A stretch of 61,560 bases of DNA, filler included. It is 3 parts of 3 records of this genome, joined end to end, with 100 filler letters (N's around TTAATTAATTAA, not from the genome) between each part and the next. Parts side by side here need not be neighbours in the genome. Positions count along the whole stretch, not along the records: positions 1 to 18,357 come from SRR31156797_3170; 2 more parts are not named here. One strand, written 5' to 3'. Each line of letters starts with the position of its first letter. Positions within the stretch are counted from its first letter, which is position 1. Under the pieces are notes generated by a model. It saw only the letters and a program-made list of their open reading frames with translations, was not told where the DNA came from and searched no databases. Of the stretch, positions 1-9,742 are shown in pieces. Both the position numbers and the translations under genes were made by a program.

Positions 1-2
1 TC

Positions 3-641
3 ATGGAACTGCCGCCCTATCGCATGCCGACATTGCGAGGTGTGCTTATCCACACATGGGAACGCACATGGGAATATGCCAAAAAAGCGGGAACAGTCAT
101 TCTCGGCATTTCCATTCTATTGTGGGCCATGATGACTTTCCCACAACTGCCGGAAGAACGCCTCGCCCACTATGAATCTATGCGCTCGACCGCTCAAACC
201 GAAGAAGCCATTGTACAAATAGACAACACTGAATCCGAAGAAGCTATCCGACACACCTATGCAGGACGTATCGGCACAGCTCTGGAACCCATTTCAAAAC
301 TGGCCGGATTCAATTGGCGTGTAAACATTGCTCTGACCGGCGGCTTTGCAGCCAAGGAAGTCATTGTGTCAACTCTGGGAACTGCATATTCACTCGGCGA
401 AGTTGATGCTGAAGAAGCTCAACCTCTGTCTGACAGACTCGTAGCAGACCCTCTGTTCACAAAAGCCTCAGCTCTCGCTCTTATCATCTTCACCATGCTC
501 TATGCCCCCTGCTTCGTGACAGTCGTCACCATGGCGCGTGAATCAAGTTGGAAATGGGCTGCCTTCAGCGTTGTAGGTTCGACAACTCTTGCATTTGGCA
601 TGGCGGTCGCCGTCTATCAAATTGCCAAAACGCTCCTCTAA
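3..641 (+). CDS. feoB: Ferrous iron transporter FeoB, C-terminal part (5'-truncated by window edge)
   Basis: Motifs MELPPYRMP, KKAGTVIL, GFAAKEVIVSTL and LYAPC are typical of the FeoB C-terminal gate region. Confidence 0.93.
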   Translation: MELPPYRMPTLRGVLIHTWERTWEYAKKAGTVILGISILLWAMMTFPQLPEERLAHYESMRSTAQTEEAIVQIDNTESEEAIRHTYAGRIGTALEPISKLAGFNWRVNIALTGGFAAKEVIVSTLGTAYSLGEVDAEEAQPLSDRLVADPLFTKASALALIIFTMLYAPCFVTVVTMARESSWKWAAFSVVGSTTLAFGMAVAVYQIAKTLL

Positions 642-667
642 CACCCTGAACCTATAAAACATTCATA

Positions 668-691
668 GGGAGTCCTTCGGGGCTCCCTTTT
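668..691 (+). terminator. Intrinsic terminator after feoB
   Basis: GGGAGTCC-TTCG-GGGCTCCC followed by a T-run. Confidence 0.8.
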
Positions 692-737
692 CTTTTAATA
701 AAAGATACTCTATGGTCGCTCCGATTAAAGGAGCATT

Positions 738-1715
738 ATGAGCAAGATTATCACCATCGTTCAAGAACTCATTCGTGACGCTGTTTCCGCCTGTTATGAA
801 CTGTTCAAAGTTATGATTCCGGTCATTATCGTCGTCAAACTATTACAGGAATTCGACCTGATTCAATACGTTGCCTTACCGCTCAAACCGATCATGGGGC
901 TTCTTGGCCTTCCGGCTGAACTTGGACTTGCGTGGGCAACAGCCATGGTCAACTCCATGTATGCAGGCCTGATAGTCTTTCTTTCGCTGGCTCGAGACAT
1001 GACTCTCAACACAGAACAAGTCACCATTTTTGCCGTATTACTTCTTATAGGTCACGGCTTCCTCGTTGAAGGGGCTATTGCCCAACGATCCGGCGCAAAA
1101 TTCGTTTTCCAAATTCTATCCAGGCTATTCGGAGCATTTGCACTCGGGCTTATACTTCACTGGACATACACTTCCAGCGGCACCCTACAGGAACCAGCCG
1201 TCATTCTCTTTCAAGGGGCTGGCCCCGTTGATCCCACACTGCTCCAATGGGCTTGGGGCGAAACCAAAAACCTATTCTCGATCTTCGGCATCGTCCTCGG
1301 ACTCATGATCATGATGCGCATTTTGTCGGCCATCCGCGCTGTTGACTTAATGAATGCCTTGTTACGCCCAATCCTCAAGCTCATCGGCATCGGTCCAAAA
1401 GCGTCTACCATTACCATTATTGGATTCACTCTTGGACTGGCGTATGGCGGAGGATTGATCATCAATGAAGCGCAATCTGGACGGATTGACCGGAAGGACG
1501 TCTTCTATTCCCTAACGCTCATGGGATTGTGCCACTCCATGATTGAGGATACCCTGCTCATGATGCTTATCGGCGGCCACCTCAGTGGCATATTCTGGGG
1601 ACGTATGCTCTTCGGCCTCGTCGCCATGGCCATTTTGGTCCAAATAACACGCCGACTTCCACAATCTTTCTGTGATAAATATCTCTGGGGAAAGCCCAGA
1701 CAAACCATTCAATAA
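738..1715 (+). CDS. Nucleoside-recognition (Gate) domain membrane protein
   Basis: Multi-TM protein with two repeated PxMxxxGLP / PILKLIGI gate-like halves; GGAG RBS. Confidence 0.7.
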   Translation: MSKIITIVQELIRDAVSACYELFKVMIPVIIVVKLLQEFDLIQYVALPLKPIMGLLGLPAELGLAWATAMVNSMYAGLIVFLSLARDMTLNTEQVTIFAVLLLIGHGFLVEGAIAQRSGAKFVFQILSRLFGAFALGLILHWTYTSSGTLQEPAVILFQGAGPVDPTLLQWAWGETKNLFSIFGIVLGLMIMMRILSAIRAVDLMNALLRPILKLIGIGPKASTITIIGFTLGLAYGGGLIINEAQSGRIDRKDVFYSLTLMGLCHSMIEDTLLMMLIGGHLSGIFWGRMLFGLVAMAILVQITRRLPQSFCDKYLWGKPRQTIQ

Positions 1716-1726
1716 AGGAGAAAATC

Positions 1727-2110
1727 ATGTCCGACATCAAACTGATCCACACTGACACAGCTCCGGCCGCTGTCGGTCCTTACTCTCAGGCAACAACGGC
1801 CAACGGTATGTTGTTCGTCTCCGGCCAGCTCGGCATCATTCCCGGAGAAGGCAAACTCGCGGAAGGATTCGAAGCTCAAACCAAACAGGCTCTCGAAAAC
1901 ATGAAAGCCATTTTGGAAGAAGCCGGTTCCTCCTTGGAAAAAGTTGTGGCCGTTGATGTATTCGTCATGGATATGGGCAAATTTGCTGATTTGAATGCCA
2001 TTTATTCCGAATACTTCACTGAGCACAAACCAGCCCGGGCAGCCATTCAGGTTGCTGGCCTGCCATTAGGTGGCATGGTTGAGCTTAAATGCATCGCTCT
2101 TGTGGATTAA
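1727..2110 (+). CDS. ridA: RidA/YjgF family enamine/imine deaminase
   Basis: APAAVGPYSQA, LFVSGQL and PARAAIQVAGLP motifs; AAGGAG RBS. Confidence 0.93.
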   Translation: MSDIKLIHTDTAPAAVGPYSQATTANGMLFVSGQLGIIPGEGKLAEGFEAQTKQALENMKAILEEAGSSLEKVVAVDVFVMDMGKFADLNAIYSEYFTEHKPARAAIQVAGLPLGGMVELKCIALVD

Positions 2111-2148
2111 ACGACCGGGAAAGAGCCATCCTGTTGCAGAAACTCTAC

Positions 2149-2176
2149 TTGACAGGGCACAAACGAAACGGATAAT
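2149..2176 (+). promoter_or_regulatory. sigma70-type promoter for the leader peptide/aldolase transcript
   Basis: TTGACA (2149-2154), 16-nt spacer, GATAAT (2171-2176). Confidence 0.65.
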
Positions 2177-2184
2177 CAAATAAT

Positions 2185-2262
2185 ATGCACAACATCACCA
2201 CACGTTTCTTTTTCTTTTTTAGCTTTTATTTCAAGAACGCCTGCGGTCTTGGTGTGCACTAG
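2185..2262 (+). CDS. Phe/Tyr-rich attenuator leader peptide MHNITTRFFFFFSFYFKNACGLGVH (not in ORF track)
   Basis: 25-codon ORF with 7 Phe and 1 Tyr within 9 consecutive codons, directly ahead of a terminator and an aromatic-pathway gene. Confidence 0.85.
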   Translation: MHNITTRFFFFFSFYFKNACGLGVH

Positions 2263-2284
2263 TATTTAAGTCTAAAAAACACTC

Positions 2285-2320
2285 AAGAGGCCGCGGCAAA
2301 AACCGCGGCCTCTTTTTTTT
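2285..2320 (+). terminator. Attenuator terminator
   Basis: Perfect stem AAGAGGCCGCGG / CCGCGGCCTCTT followed by a T-run, about 40 nt upstream of the aldolase start. Confidence 0.88.
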
Positions 2321-2362
2321 GGAAGAAGTCGCACCGCCGGTCAAAAAAACAAGGAGAGTCCA

Positions 2363-3154
2363 ATGCATCTCGGAAAAGCCATTCGCATGGAACGCATCAT
2401 GAATCGTAACAACGGTCGCACCATCGTTGTCCCTCTGGACCACGGCGTAACTGTCGGACCCATTTATGGGCTGGTTGACCTGCGGGAAACCGTGAATCAA
2501 GTAGCCGAAGGCGGTGCCAACGCCATGCTCATGCACAAGGGAATTCCCAGATGTTCCCACCGTGCCGGCGGCAAAGACATCGGTCTGATCATCCACCTGT
2601 CAGCGTCAACATCGCTGTCTCCACACCCCAATGCCAAAACTTTGGTGGGTACGGTTTCAGACGCCCTCAAACTTGGTGCAGACGCCATATCCGTTCACGT
2701 AAATCTGGGAGATGAAACCGAATCGCACATGCTGTCAGACCTTGGTGCCCTCTGCTCCGAAGCCAATGAATGGGGAATGCCTGTCCTTGCCATGATGTAT
2801 GCACGCGGTCCTAAAATAGAAAACGAATATGATCCGCAAGTCGTGGCCCATTGCGCCCGAGTCGGCGTCGAGTTAGGTGCGGACATCGTCAAGGTGAACT
2901 ACACTGGCGACACCGAATCCTTCAAAACAGTCGTTGAGGGATGCTGTGTCCCTGTGGTCATTGCAGGTGGGCCCAAGCTGGAAAGTGACCGGGATCTCGT
3001 ACAGATGGTCTATGATTCCATTCAAGCCGGTGGTTCAGGGTTGTCTGTAGGCAGAAATATCTTCCAGCACAAAAATCCGGCAAAAATCGTAGCCGCATTG
3101 AATAAAATAGTTCATGAAAATTGGGATGTAGATGCAGCGATGAAACTGCTGTAG
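2363..3154 (+). CDS. 2-amino-3,7-dideoxy-D-threo-hept-6-ulosonate (ADH) synthase / DhnA-type class I aldolase (AroA'-like)
   Basis: [28 protein letters not shown] (Schiff-base Lys), VVIAGG and GRNIFQ; the Phe leader supports an aromatic-pathway role. Confidence 0.85.
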   Translation: MHLGKAIRMERIMNRNNGRTIVVPLDHGVTVGPIYGLVDLRETVNQVAEGGANAMLMHKGIPRCSHRAGGKDIGLIIHLSASTSLSPHPNAKTLVGTVSDALKLGADAISVHVNLGDETESHMLSDLGALCSEANEWGMPVLAMMYARGPKIENEYDPQVVAHCARVGVELGADIVKVNYTGDTESFKTVVEGCCVPVVIAGGPKLESDRDLVQMVYDSIQAGGSGLSVGRNIFQHKNPAKIVAALNKIVHENWDVDAAMKLL

Positions 3155-3168
3155 ATAAGAATTCTGGA

Positions 3169-3198
3169 TCGTGGGCGGGCAATCAAGCCCGTCCACGA
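3169..3198. terminator. Hairpin between convergent genes
   Basis: TCGTGGGCGGGC / GCCCGTCCACGA inverted repeat. Confidence 0.55.
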
Positions 3199-3204
3199 GG
3201 GGAA

Positions 3205-3513
3205 TCACTTTCCAAATTCGACTTGTACACATTGAAGATATTGAAAAAGTAAGCCTATCTGCTCGCGCCCCTTCTCAAAATCACACGCCTTGGCTGCAAG
3301 TTCGATGGCACGGGCTATCTCGCCCATACCTTTGAAACCATAGCCACACCCCGTCCCTCTGGTAGTGTGTCCCAATCGATTGAGTGTTTCGAAATCTCTC
3401 TCTTTCAAGGCAACCTGCATTTTCTCCAAATCTTCCATTGATACTTCAAAAAATCGAGGCAACAATTCTTTGAGATCAGGATCAATGAGTTCGATAATAG
3501 GAGAATCAGACAT
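3205..3513 (-). CDS. Stand-alone Hpt phosphotransfer protein
   Basis: LNRLGHTTRGTGCGYG matches the Hpt His motif. Confidence 0.85.
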   Translation of the reverse strand: MSDSPIIELIDPDLKELLPRFFEVSMEDLEKMQVALKERDFETLNRLGHTTRGTGCGYGFKGMGEIARAIELAAKACDFEKGREQIGLLFQYLQCVQVEFGK

Positions 3514-3636
3514 AATGGGATACTCATTGTGCAGGGAGGTGCACGGGCTTGAATATGTTAAGGAAGGCCTCTAATGTGGTGCGGGAGCATTAACAGCAAA
3601 ATCAACCATGTCAAACACAATAATCTTTACAACGAT

Positions 3637-4794
3637 ATGACACGACCTTTTATTTTCTTACTCTGCCTAGTCGTCACAACTGGATGTTCACGATATGATG
3701 CCATGCGTATTGCCCGTGCTGCCGCCACAGGCAACCCTGCTACTGCAGCCGAAAGCTTGGCTCGAGACAAAGCAATGAGCTATGCCACAAATCCGGCATC
3801 CATTGGTACTGATATTAAACAATTTCAAAAAGCCGTCGATGATTTTATTCATGCGGTTGCTTCAATCTGGGGGCAAGATGACATCCGAACGCCCCAACCC
3901 AAAAAATACGTTAAATACACTCAAAATTACCTATCACGCGCCAGCGTTGATTTTGACTCCGGCATAATCACTGTAGAAACAGTAGACACAGACACACCAC
4001 AGAAGAGTCTACATAACGCCATTGTCACCACGCTGCTCACTCCCAACGACCCGCGGGCCGTGGATTTATATTCAGCCAAACCAGTCAGGCTAGGCGAAAC
4101 TCCATTCCTGTTGGGAGAAGTCAAAGATAATGAGTCAAAAAACATACGATGGGAATGGCGTGCCAGTCGTTATGCTGATGTGCTCATGGGAACACGTCTC
4201 AAAACACGAACCACACATGGTAAAACGGTTAACTACGTAACCATTCCAATGGTTAAAGATCATTTAAATATTCGAGCCAGCAAGTATAAAAGGCAAGTTG
4301 TCTCTGCCGCCAAACAATTCAACGTAAGCCAAAATCTTATTTACGCAATCATGAAAGTGGAATCAGATTTCAACCCATTTGCGATCAGTTCGGCCATGGC
4401 CGTTGGGTTGATGCAGGTGGTACCGACAACAGCCGGAAGTGATGTATACCGCTATCTCAACGGCAAGAAAGGACAGCCGTCCAAACAGGACTTATTGAAC
4501 GCCTCTACCAACATCATCTATGGTTCAGCCTATCTACACTTGCTGGGAACCCGCTTTCTTAAAGGAATAACAAATCCAACCTCGAGAGAATACTGTGTGA
4601 TCGCCGGATACAATGGAGGTGCGGGGACAGTGCTCAGAACCTTTGACAAAGACAAGAAAAACGCGGCACAAACCATTAACAGGTTGTCACCCGGCGAAGT
4701 ATACACCACACTTCGCACAGATACGCCCTATGCGGAAACACGCCGTTATCTTGGCAAGGTACTTGAAGCCAAGAAACAATTCGTTAACTTTTAG
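3637..4794 (+). CDS. mltC: Membrane-bound lytic murein transglycosylase MltC-like lipoprotein
   Basis: Lipobox TTGC, YVKYT N-domain, SLT motifs VESDFNP, GLMQV, GYNGG and ETRRY; start moved to ATG 3637. Confidence 0.85.
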   Translation: MTRPFIFLLCLVVTTGCSRYDAMRIARAAATGNPATAAESLARDKAMSYATNPASIGTDIKQFQKAVDDFIHAVASIWGQDDIRTPQPKKYVKYTQNYLSRASVDFDSGIITVETVDTDTPQKSLHNAIVTTLLTPNDPRAVDLYSAKPVRLGETPFLLGEVKDNESKNIRWEWRASRYADVLMGTRLKTRTTHGKTVNYVTIPMVKDHLNIRASKYKRQVVSAAKQFNVSQNLIYAIMKVESDFNPFAISSAMAVGLMQVVPTTAGSDVYRYLNGKKGQPSKQDLLNASTNIIYGSAYLHLLGTRFLKGITNPTSREYCVIAGYNGGAGTVLRTFDKDKKNAAQTINRLSPGEVYTTLRTDTPYAETRRYLGKVLEAKKQFVNF

Positions 4795-4806
4795 TCACTA
4801 CACGCA

Positions 4807-5733
4807 ATGAACATACAGGAAACAGCTCTCACCCTGACCCGCCAATTGACCGAAATAGGCCAACAACTCTTCCCAGGCATGCCGGAAGGAGTAATACGAA
4901 ATGCCGAAGCAATACTCTTGGGTATAATGGCCTTTATTTTACTGTTGCTCGGTCTTTTGCTTCTTCGTCGCCCCCCAAAAAAGAACACATCTTCCAAAAC
5001 GAACATCCCAAAAAAACTCCAGGAAAAAGGTGCTGTCGTAGATATAATGGCCGACCCAGAAGACGAGACAGTAACTCTGAGATGTGTTTTTACTTCGATA
5101 AAATCCAACAAGATCACATGTGAAATAATCGAACGACTTGAACCCCTCAAAACCGGAAAGAATCGGCAATTAATGTGTGTATTCGCACCCACTAAATATC
5201 AGGAGAGCAAAGTCAATTCATTTACTTCTACCCTGCTGAAACTCGGGCATTCCAACCGGACGGCAAACCTTATGGTGTTATCGGCCCCAACAGAATACAC
5301 CTTGATCCCGCGCCGCAAACACGCACGAAAAAAAGTGGCTGACCAACAATTCATCCGTGTCAAACTCTGGTTAGAAGACCACATATTTTCCGACACCTCC
5401 TATCAAGACGCCACTCCCCATATTGGTGTGAACTCTTTTTCGTCCGACAGCCCGGAACAAAGTTCAAATGGCGTAGTCAACATCTCCAACGGCGGGATAG
5501 GTCTCAGCATTCTAGACAGTCTCGTACCGGAAACCTGTGGCCCGGACTCTCCGGTGGTCATCAACCTGTTCATGTTCAATTTCAGGGAAAAGGCTTTCAA
5601 ACCCTATTGGTACGCCGGAACTATCCGCTCATTGGAAGAAAGCCGTCCCGGATTCATCCGAATGGGTATTGAATTTACATCAACAGCCACCCCGGATTCA
5701 TCCACAGGTCGTCTCAACTGGTCTGATCGATGA
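4807..5733 (+). CDS. Membrane-anchored protein with PilZ-like motifs
   Basis: One N-terminal TM helix; RRKHAR (RxxxR) and NISNGG (D/NxSxxG). Confidence 0.55.
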   Translation: MNIQETALTLTRQLTEIGQQLFPGMPEGVIRNAEAILLGIMAFILLLLGLLLLRRPPKKNTSSKTNIPKKLQEKGAVVDIMADPEDETVTLRCVFTSIKSNKITCEIIERLEPLKTGKNRQLMCVFAPTKYQESKVNSFTSTLLKLGHSNRTANLMVLSAPTEYTLIPRRKHARKKVADQQFIRVKLWLEDHIFSDTSYQDATPHIGVNSFSSDSPEQSSNGVVNISNGGIGLSILDSLVPETCGPDSPVVINLFMFNFREKAFKPYWYAGTIRSLEESRPGFIRMGIEFTSTATPDSSTGRLNWSDR

Positions 5734-5751
5734 CTTCATTTTCATAGCCAC

Positions 5752-5789
5752 AAAAAAAAGCCCCGACCACAAGGTCGGGGCTTTTTTTT
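5752..5789. terminator. Bidirectional intrinsic terminator
   Basis: A-run, GCCCCGACC, loop, GGTCGGGGC, T-run between convergent genes. Confidence 0.9.
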
Positions 5790-5809
5790 AATCATTACCC
5801 TTTGAGGCA

Positions 5810-6166
5810 CTAACTTTTCTTATTCAGAAAGCGCTCTTTAGCCAATCTTGGCATGTTGCCGGAACCGTAACTATATCCGGCAATTCGACGATTCTGCCGT
5901 TTCATACTGGTCAAATCCTGTTTCATGGACCGATGAAGCTTTCTGGCTTCATCCGTAATATCGTCATGAAGTGATTTCATCTCGACCAACTTGTCCGCCA
6001 AAATTTCAAGATTGTCGCGAGACAAATCTCCAATGGCTTCATCCAAAATCCGCTCCCTGTCGTAGGCAAGCTTTTCTGCGCCGAAGACATCGCCTTCAGT
6101 CAAGCATCCGAGTTCTCGACGTCCAATGGACAAAGCCTCGTCCAGCATTTGGCTGCGAGCAGTCAT
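5810..6166 (-). CDS. Small helical protein, FlgN/FliT-like chaperone candidate
   Basis: Start MTARSQ after GAGG RBS; coiled-coil character; downstream of a sigma54-like promoter. Confidence 0.45.
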   Translation of the reverse strand: MTARSQMLDEALSIGRRELGCLTEGDVFGAEKLAYDRERILDEAIGDLSRDNLEILADKLVEMKSLHDDITDEARKLHRSMKQDLTSMKRQNRRIAGYSYGSGNMPRLAKERFLNKKS

Positions 6167-6168
6167 GT

Positions 6169-6771
6169 TTACCTCGTTGTGATCCGAATGTCGTCGCGCA
6201 GGTTTTTGATGACTTTTTTCCATTTTTCCACCGCCGGGAGAAATTCGTATTCAAGCAAATCTGCCAAAAGAATCCAGTCTTCATTTTCCAAAACATCACC
6301 CATTTCAGTAAACATATTGTTCATTTCCTCTGCGCTTTGCAGATAATCCGGATGATCCTTGAGGGAATACTCATCGCGCAACACGCCAACCATGTTCAAG
6401 AAATTACGAATGACATCAATAAGATCCTGGTATGTTTCCAGGGCCTCGGCGTCATCAGCCTGACGGAAAAGTTCGGCAACTCGTTTGCCACCTTCTGCCA
6501 TAATGTTGACGACCTTATACAGCTCCAGAGTAATCTCCACGGCCATCTCATTAGTCGCCATGGTCATGATTTCTACAGACTGAATTTCAGACATCTCAAT
6601 ATCTTCGGCCTGATGCGGATAAATTTCTGAAAAGGACTCCGAATTGACCTTTACATCGGTCACAACACGGTCTTCAAGATGACCGTCTTCAACCACCTTA
6701 TTGAAAACCTGTTCCAGATTCTCGAAATTATTTGGACCGATGTCATACTGTTTGCCGTCAATAATGATCAT
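6169..6771 (-). CDS. Acidic hypothetical protein
   Basis: 200-aa ORF with GAGGAG RBS; C-terminal DWILLADLLEYE motif. Confidence 0.75.
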   Translation of the reverse strand: MIIIDGKQYDIGPNNFENLEQVFNKVVEDGHLEDRVVTDVKVNSESFSEIYPHQAEDIEMSEIQSVEIMTMATNEMAVEITLELYKVVNIMAEGGKRVAELFRQADDAEALETYQDLIDVIRNFLNMVGVLRDEYSLKDHPDYLQSAEEMNNMFTEMGDVLENEDWILLADLLEYEFLPAVEKWKKVIKNLRDDIRITTR

Positions 6772-6834
6772 GATGATCTCCTCCTCGAAAGGGTATGATA
6801 AAATTTGCCGTTTACGTCGGCTCTCAAATGACTA

Positions 6835-6850
6835 TTCAAAATCCATGCCG
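6835..6850 (-). promoter_or_regulatory. sigma54-type -24/-12 promoter
   Basis: Minus strand CGGCATGGATTTTGAA (GG-N10-GA). Confidence 0.5.
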
Positions 6851-6851
6851 A

Positions 6852-8423
6852 CTAAACAAATTCATCGCGCAAGGAAGTTAAAAGAACTCGGTAGCGCTCG
6901 GCTAAACCGAGAAGAGAAACAAGATCTTCACCATATCTTTGCGTCTCAAAGAGCCACAGTAATGCAATTATATTGAGATGTTGACAAGAAGAAAGAATGT
7001 TCTGCAACCGTTGCCACGAAGTCAAAAACTTGGTTTTGGCTGCAGGTCGGGGACTTTTCTGCAACAGCATTCCCTGTTGGGAAAGCAGGAAAAGCATGTC
7101 CACCGCACTCGTCAAAGTTTTGGATATATCTTCTCGCATTTCAGGACGTATTTTCCGAGCCAGTCCTCGTTTTCCCGCGAGCCCATGCCCATCCAGAAAA
7201 CTCTTGAAATACACTCTCTGGACGGCAATCCATACAGCTCTATCCGTCGTATCATGCCCTGACAATGACTCAAGTTCCATAAACCCATCTGCCCCGGTGT
7301 GAGTACGCCACGCTCTCACTCCAGAAGCAACATCAACCTCATTGCCTGGCAGCAAGGACTTGGCATACCCATACATGATTTTTGGTGTCACAACCTTACG
7401 ACATATTTCATCATGCGAGCAATCCGTACCGAATTCACAAGGATGACATTCCATGTCCGGTTCCAGACAAATGTTACCAGCCCGATACGGCCCGGTGTCC
7501 CACGGTTGAGCAGTGGCCAAAAACACTGAACACAAAGGCACTCCAAGCCCTGCAGCAAGATGCATGGTCCCGGTATCATTGGTCAGCAGCATTGAACAAC
7601 GAGAAAGCACACCGGCCAACTCATTCAATGATGTTTGTCCCATACAATTGATGGATGGACACTTTGCCTGCTCGACAAACCGACTACCCAAACCCACTTC
7701 ATTATTGGAACCAAGGAGGACTGAGACCAAACTGTCCCGCTCCCAAAACATCTGAGCAGTTTCAACAAAATATTCTACGGGCCACCTACGACGATCTTCA
7801 CTGGCTCCCATTTGCAGGGCTACAAATCCCTTGCAATCTTTTGGCGATTTGCTCAACAACCTATCAGCTGTCGCCAAAGCCTCTTCATCTGGGTGGGCTA
7901 ATTCAAGAGAATTCCCTTCCCGGTCCAAACCTGCAGTACGCCGAAAAATATCGCAGATATTAAACGGACTGGCTCCCCGATGTGCTCCGGCCATCTGCAA
8001 AAAAGCCGCCCAAGAAGTGGTATCTGCATTAAAACCGAACTCATCAACAGTGAACCCTACAGCCTCAGCACCTTGTCGTGTCAGGTCAAAAGTAAGTAAA
8101 CGAGACGAGACTGACGGCGTTAAGTTAACAATACGATCAGGTTGAAAATTCTGAAAAATATTCTGCTTGAACTCCACGGCATCCCTGACAGCCTGCCGCC
8201 AATCGTTATCCACTCCCGACAATAACCCCGCCCCCGGAAAAGCAAAAACGCTATCCACACCATCAAGCAGGGTCGTCGCAGATGCGAAATTCTCAAGACA
8301 GACAACACCCACCCGATAGCCTCGACTTTTGAAGCCGGAAATAACGGGCTGTGTCTGAATAAGATCCCCGAAACGGGTCAAATTGATGATCAGAACATTC
8401 ACGAACACTATCCTTATATACAA
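6852..8423 (-). CDS. Glycosyltransferase family 9 (heptosyltransferase-like) with C-terminal extension
   Basis: RFGDLIQT, RRWP and TNDTGTMHLAA motifs. Confidence 0.88.
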   Translation of the reverse strand: MYIRIVFVNVLIINLTRFGDLIQTQPVISGFKSRGYRVGVVCLENFASATTLLDGVDSVFAFPGAGLLSGVDNDWRQAVRDAVEFKQNIFQNFQPDRIVNLTPSVSSRLLTFDLTRQGAEAVGFTVDEFGFNADTTSWAAFLQMAGAHRGASPFNICDIFRRTAGLDREGNSLELAHPDEEALATADRLLSKSPKDCKGFVALQMGASEDRRRWPVEYFVETAQMFWERDSLVSVLLGSNNEVGLGSRFVEQAKCPSINCMGQTSLNELAGVLSRCSMLLTNDTGTMHLAAGLGVPLCSVFLATAQPWDTGPYRAGNICLEPDMECHPCEFGTDCSHDEICRKVVTPKIMYGYAKSLLPGNEVDVASGVRAWRTHTGADGFMELESLSGHDTTDRAVWIAVQRVYFKSFLDGHGLAGKRGLARKIRPEMREDISKTLTSAVDMLFLLSQQGMLLQKSPRPAAKTKFLTSWQRLQNILSSCQHLNIIALLWLFETQRYGEDLVSLLGLAERYRVLLTSLRDEFV

Positions 8424-8458
8424 ACGTCCGCCGGAATTTTGTCGGACTGACGAAGAAT

Positions 8459-8474
8459 TGCAAGATTAAAGCCG
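8459..8474 (-). promoter_or_regulatory. sigma54-type -24/-12 promoter
   Basis: Minus strand CGGCTTTAATCTTGCA (GG-N10-GC). Confidence 0.5.
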
Positions 8475-8477
8475 AGA

Positions 8478-9581
8478 CTACAGCCCAGCCCCAGCCTGAA
8501 CCAACCGGACCAATTTTTCCACGGCTTGAATAGCCATTTTGAGTTGCTTCCTTTCATCGACATCGAGAAGCACCGGATTCACAAAATTATGCGGGGGGAT
8601 AGACTCACGATCACATTCCAGCCCGATTTCAAGCCGTTTTCGCTGGAGATATTCCCACGCTTCCATCAAACGATACCCATGTCTTATAGACACATGCCCG
8701 GCCTCTGCCAAAGCACGAATACGATCACAGGTATTGGACGGCGTCAGATTATATTTCAAGGCAAGTATCCGCGCGCTGTTGGTCAAATGTGCAAGTACAC
8801 TGTTCTTGATATTCAAATGTCCCTGCCACAGCCCGCCTTTTTCGGTGATAAAAGCACCATAAAACGTCAAGGGAAGTCTATAGTCTGTCAATTCCTGAAT
8901 AAGTAAGGATACCGCAATCGGTTTTGTTCGCACATACTCCCAAAGTTTTTCACGCAATATTCGAACGTCTTCTTCAGAACCGAAGATCGCCAAAAAATCA
9001 AGAATAAGACCAGATTGCCATGAACCCTTTTCTGCGGGATTGGAAAGCCACCGAGTTAACCGAGTCAACCAGGAATCAAAATCACCACGCCATTCCTCAT
9101 TGCTCACCATGACCCCACCTTCGCACAAGGTAAGTCCCGCGCCATCCAAGGCAATAACAATAGACTGGGTGCAGTCATCCAACTCATCAACATCCGGCGA
9201 AACATGCATGAGTAAACCGTTATCCTGATCCGAACCAAGCACCTGTTCCTCTCGACCTCCAGAACCGAACTCAAGAAAAGTACACTCCCGAAGCCACGGG
9301 TACTCTTCGGCATGCGCTTCAAGAACCGCCATAATGACGTCCCGATTGAACCGGGAAAGTCGCTTGCAGGTCTCTTCGGCAGACAATCCGAAATCAAGCC
9401 ATTCCCGCACCAACTCCAAACGGGTTCGACGAATTCCAATGAGCTTGCCCTCACGGGCCATAGTCAGTAGTTCGGCATCAAGACCATCAGGAACTCCTGA
9501 TTTTTCTCTGGCTCTACCGTTTACCGTCTTATTTTTACCCGAATCCATGTTCACTAAAAATCTCCGTCGCTGGAGTATCAA
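8478..9581 (-). CDS. DUF294 nucleotidyltransferase-like protein (true start probably slightly downstream of 9581)
   Basis: GSGGREEQ..SDQDNG, CEGGVMVSN..W and NTCDRI motifs; no CBS or cNMP domain visible. Confidence 0.85.
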   Translation of the reverse strand: MILQRRRFLVNMDSGKNKTVNGRAREKSGVPDGLDAELLTMAREGKLIGIRRTRLELVREWLDFGLSAEETCKRLSRFNRDVIMAVLEAHAEEYPWLRECTFLEFGSGGREEQVLGSDQDNGLLMHVSPDVDELDDCTQSIVIALDGAGLTLCEGGVMVSNEEWRGDFDSWLTRLTRWLSNPAEKGSWQSGLILDFLAIFGSEEDVRILREKLWEYVRTKPIAVSLLIQELTDYRLPLTFYGAFITEKGGLWQGHLNIKNSVLAHLTNSARILALKYNLTPSNTCDRIRALAEAGHVSIRHGYRLMEAWEYLQRKRLEIGLECDRESIPPHNFVNPVLLDVDERKQLKMAIQAVEKLVRLVQAGAGL

Positions 9582-9742
9582 CCGTTGACCGGGGGAAATT
9601 GCCCGTTAGCCGCCTGTTTTAAACAGACCAACCCAATGACCGTGCGAGTTTGACCGTTTACCTGAAAAGGAATGCTCTCAGCATTTCCACTACTGTAAAA
9701 GAAGTGCAACGGCAAACACCACAACCGTATTGGGGGTAAATC

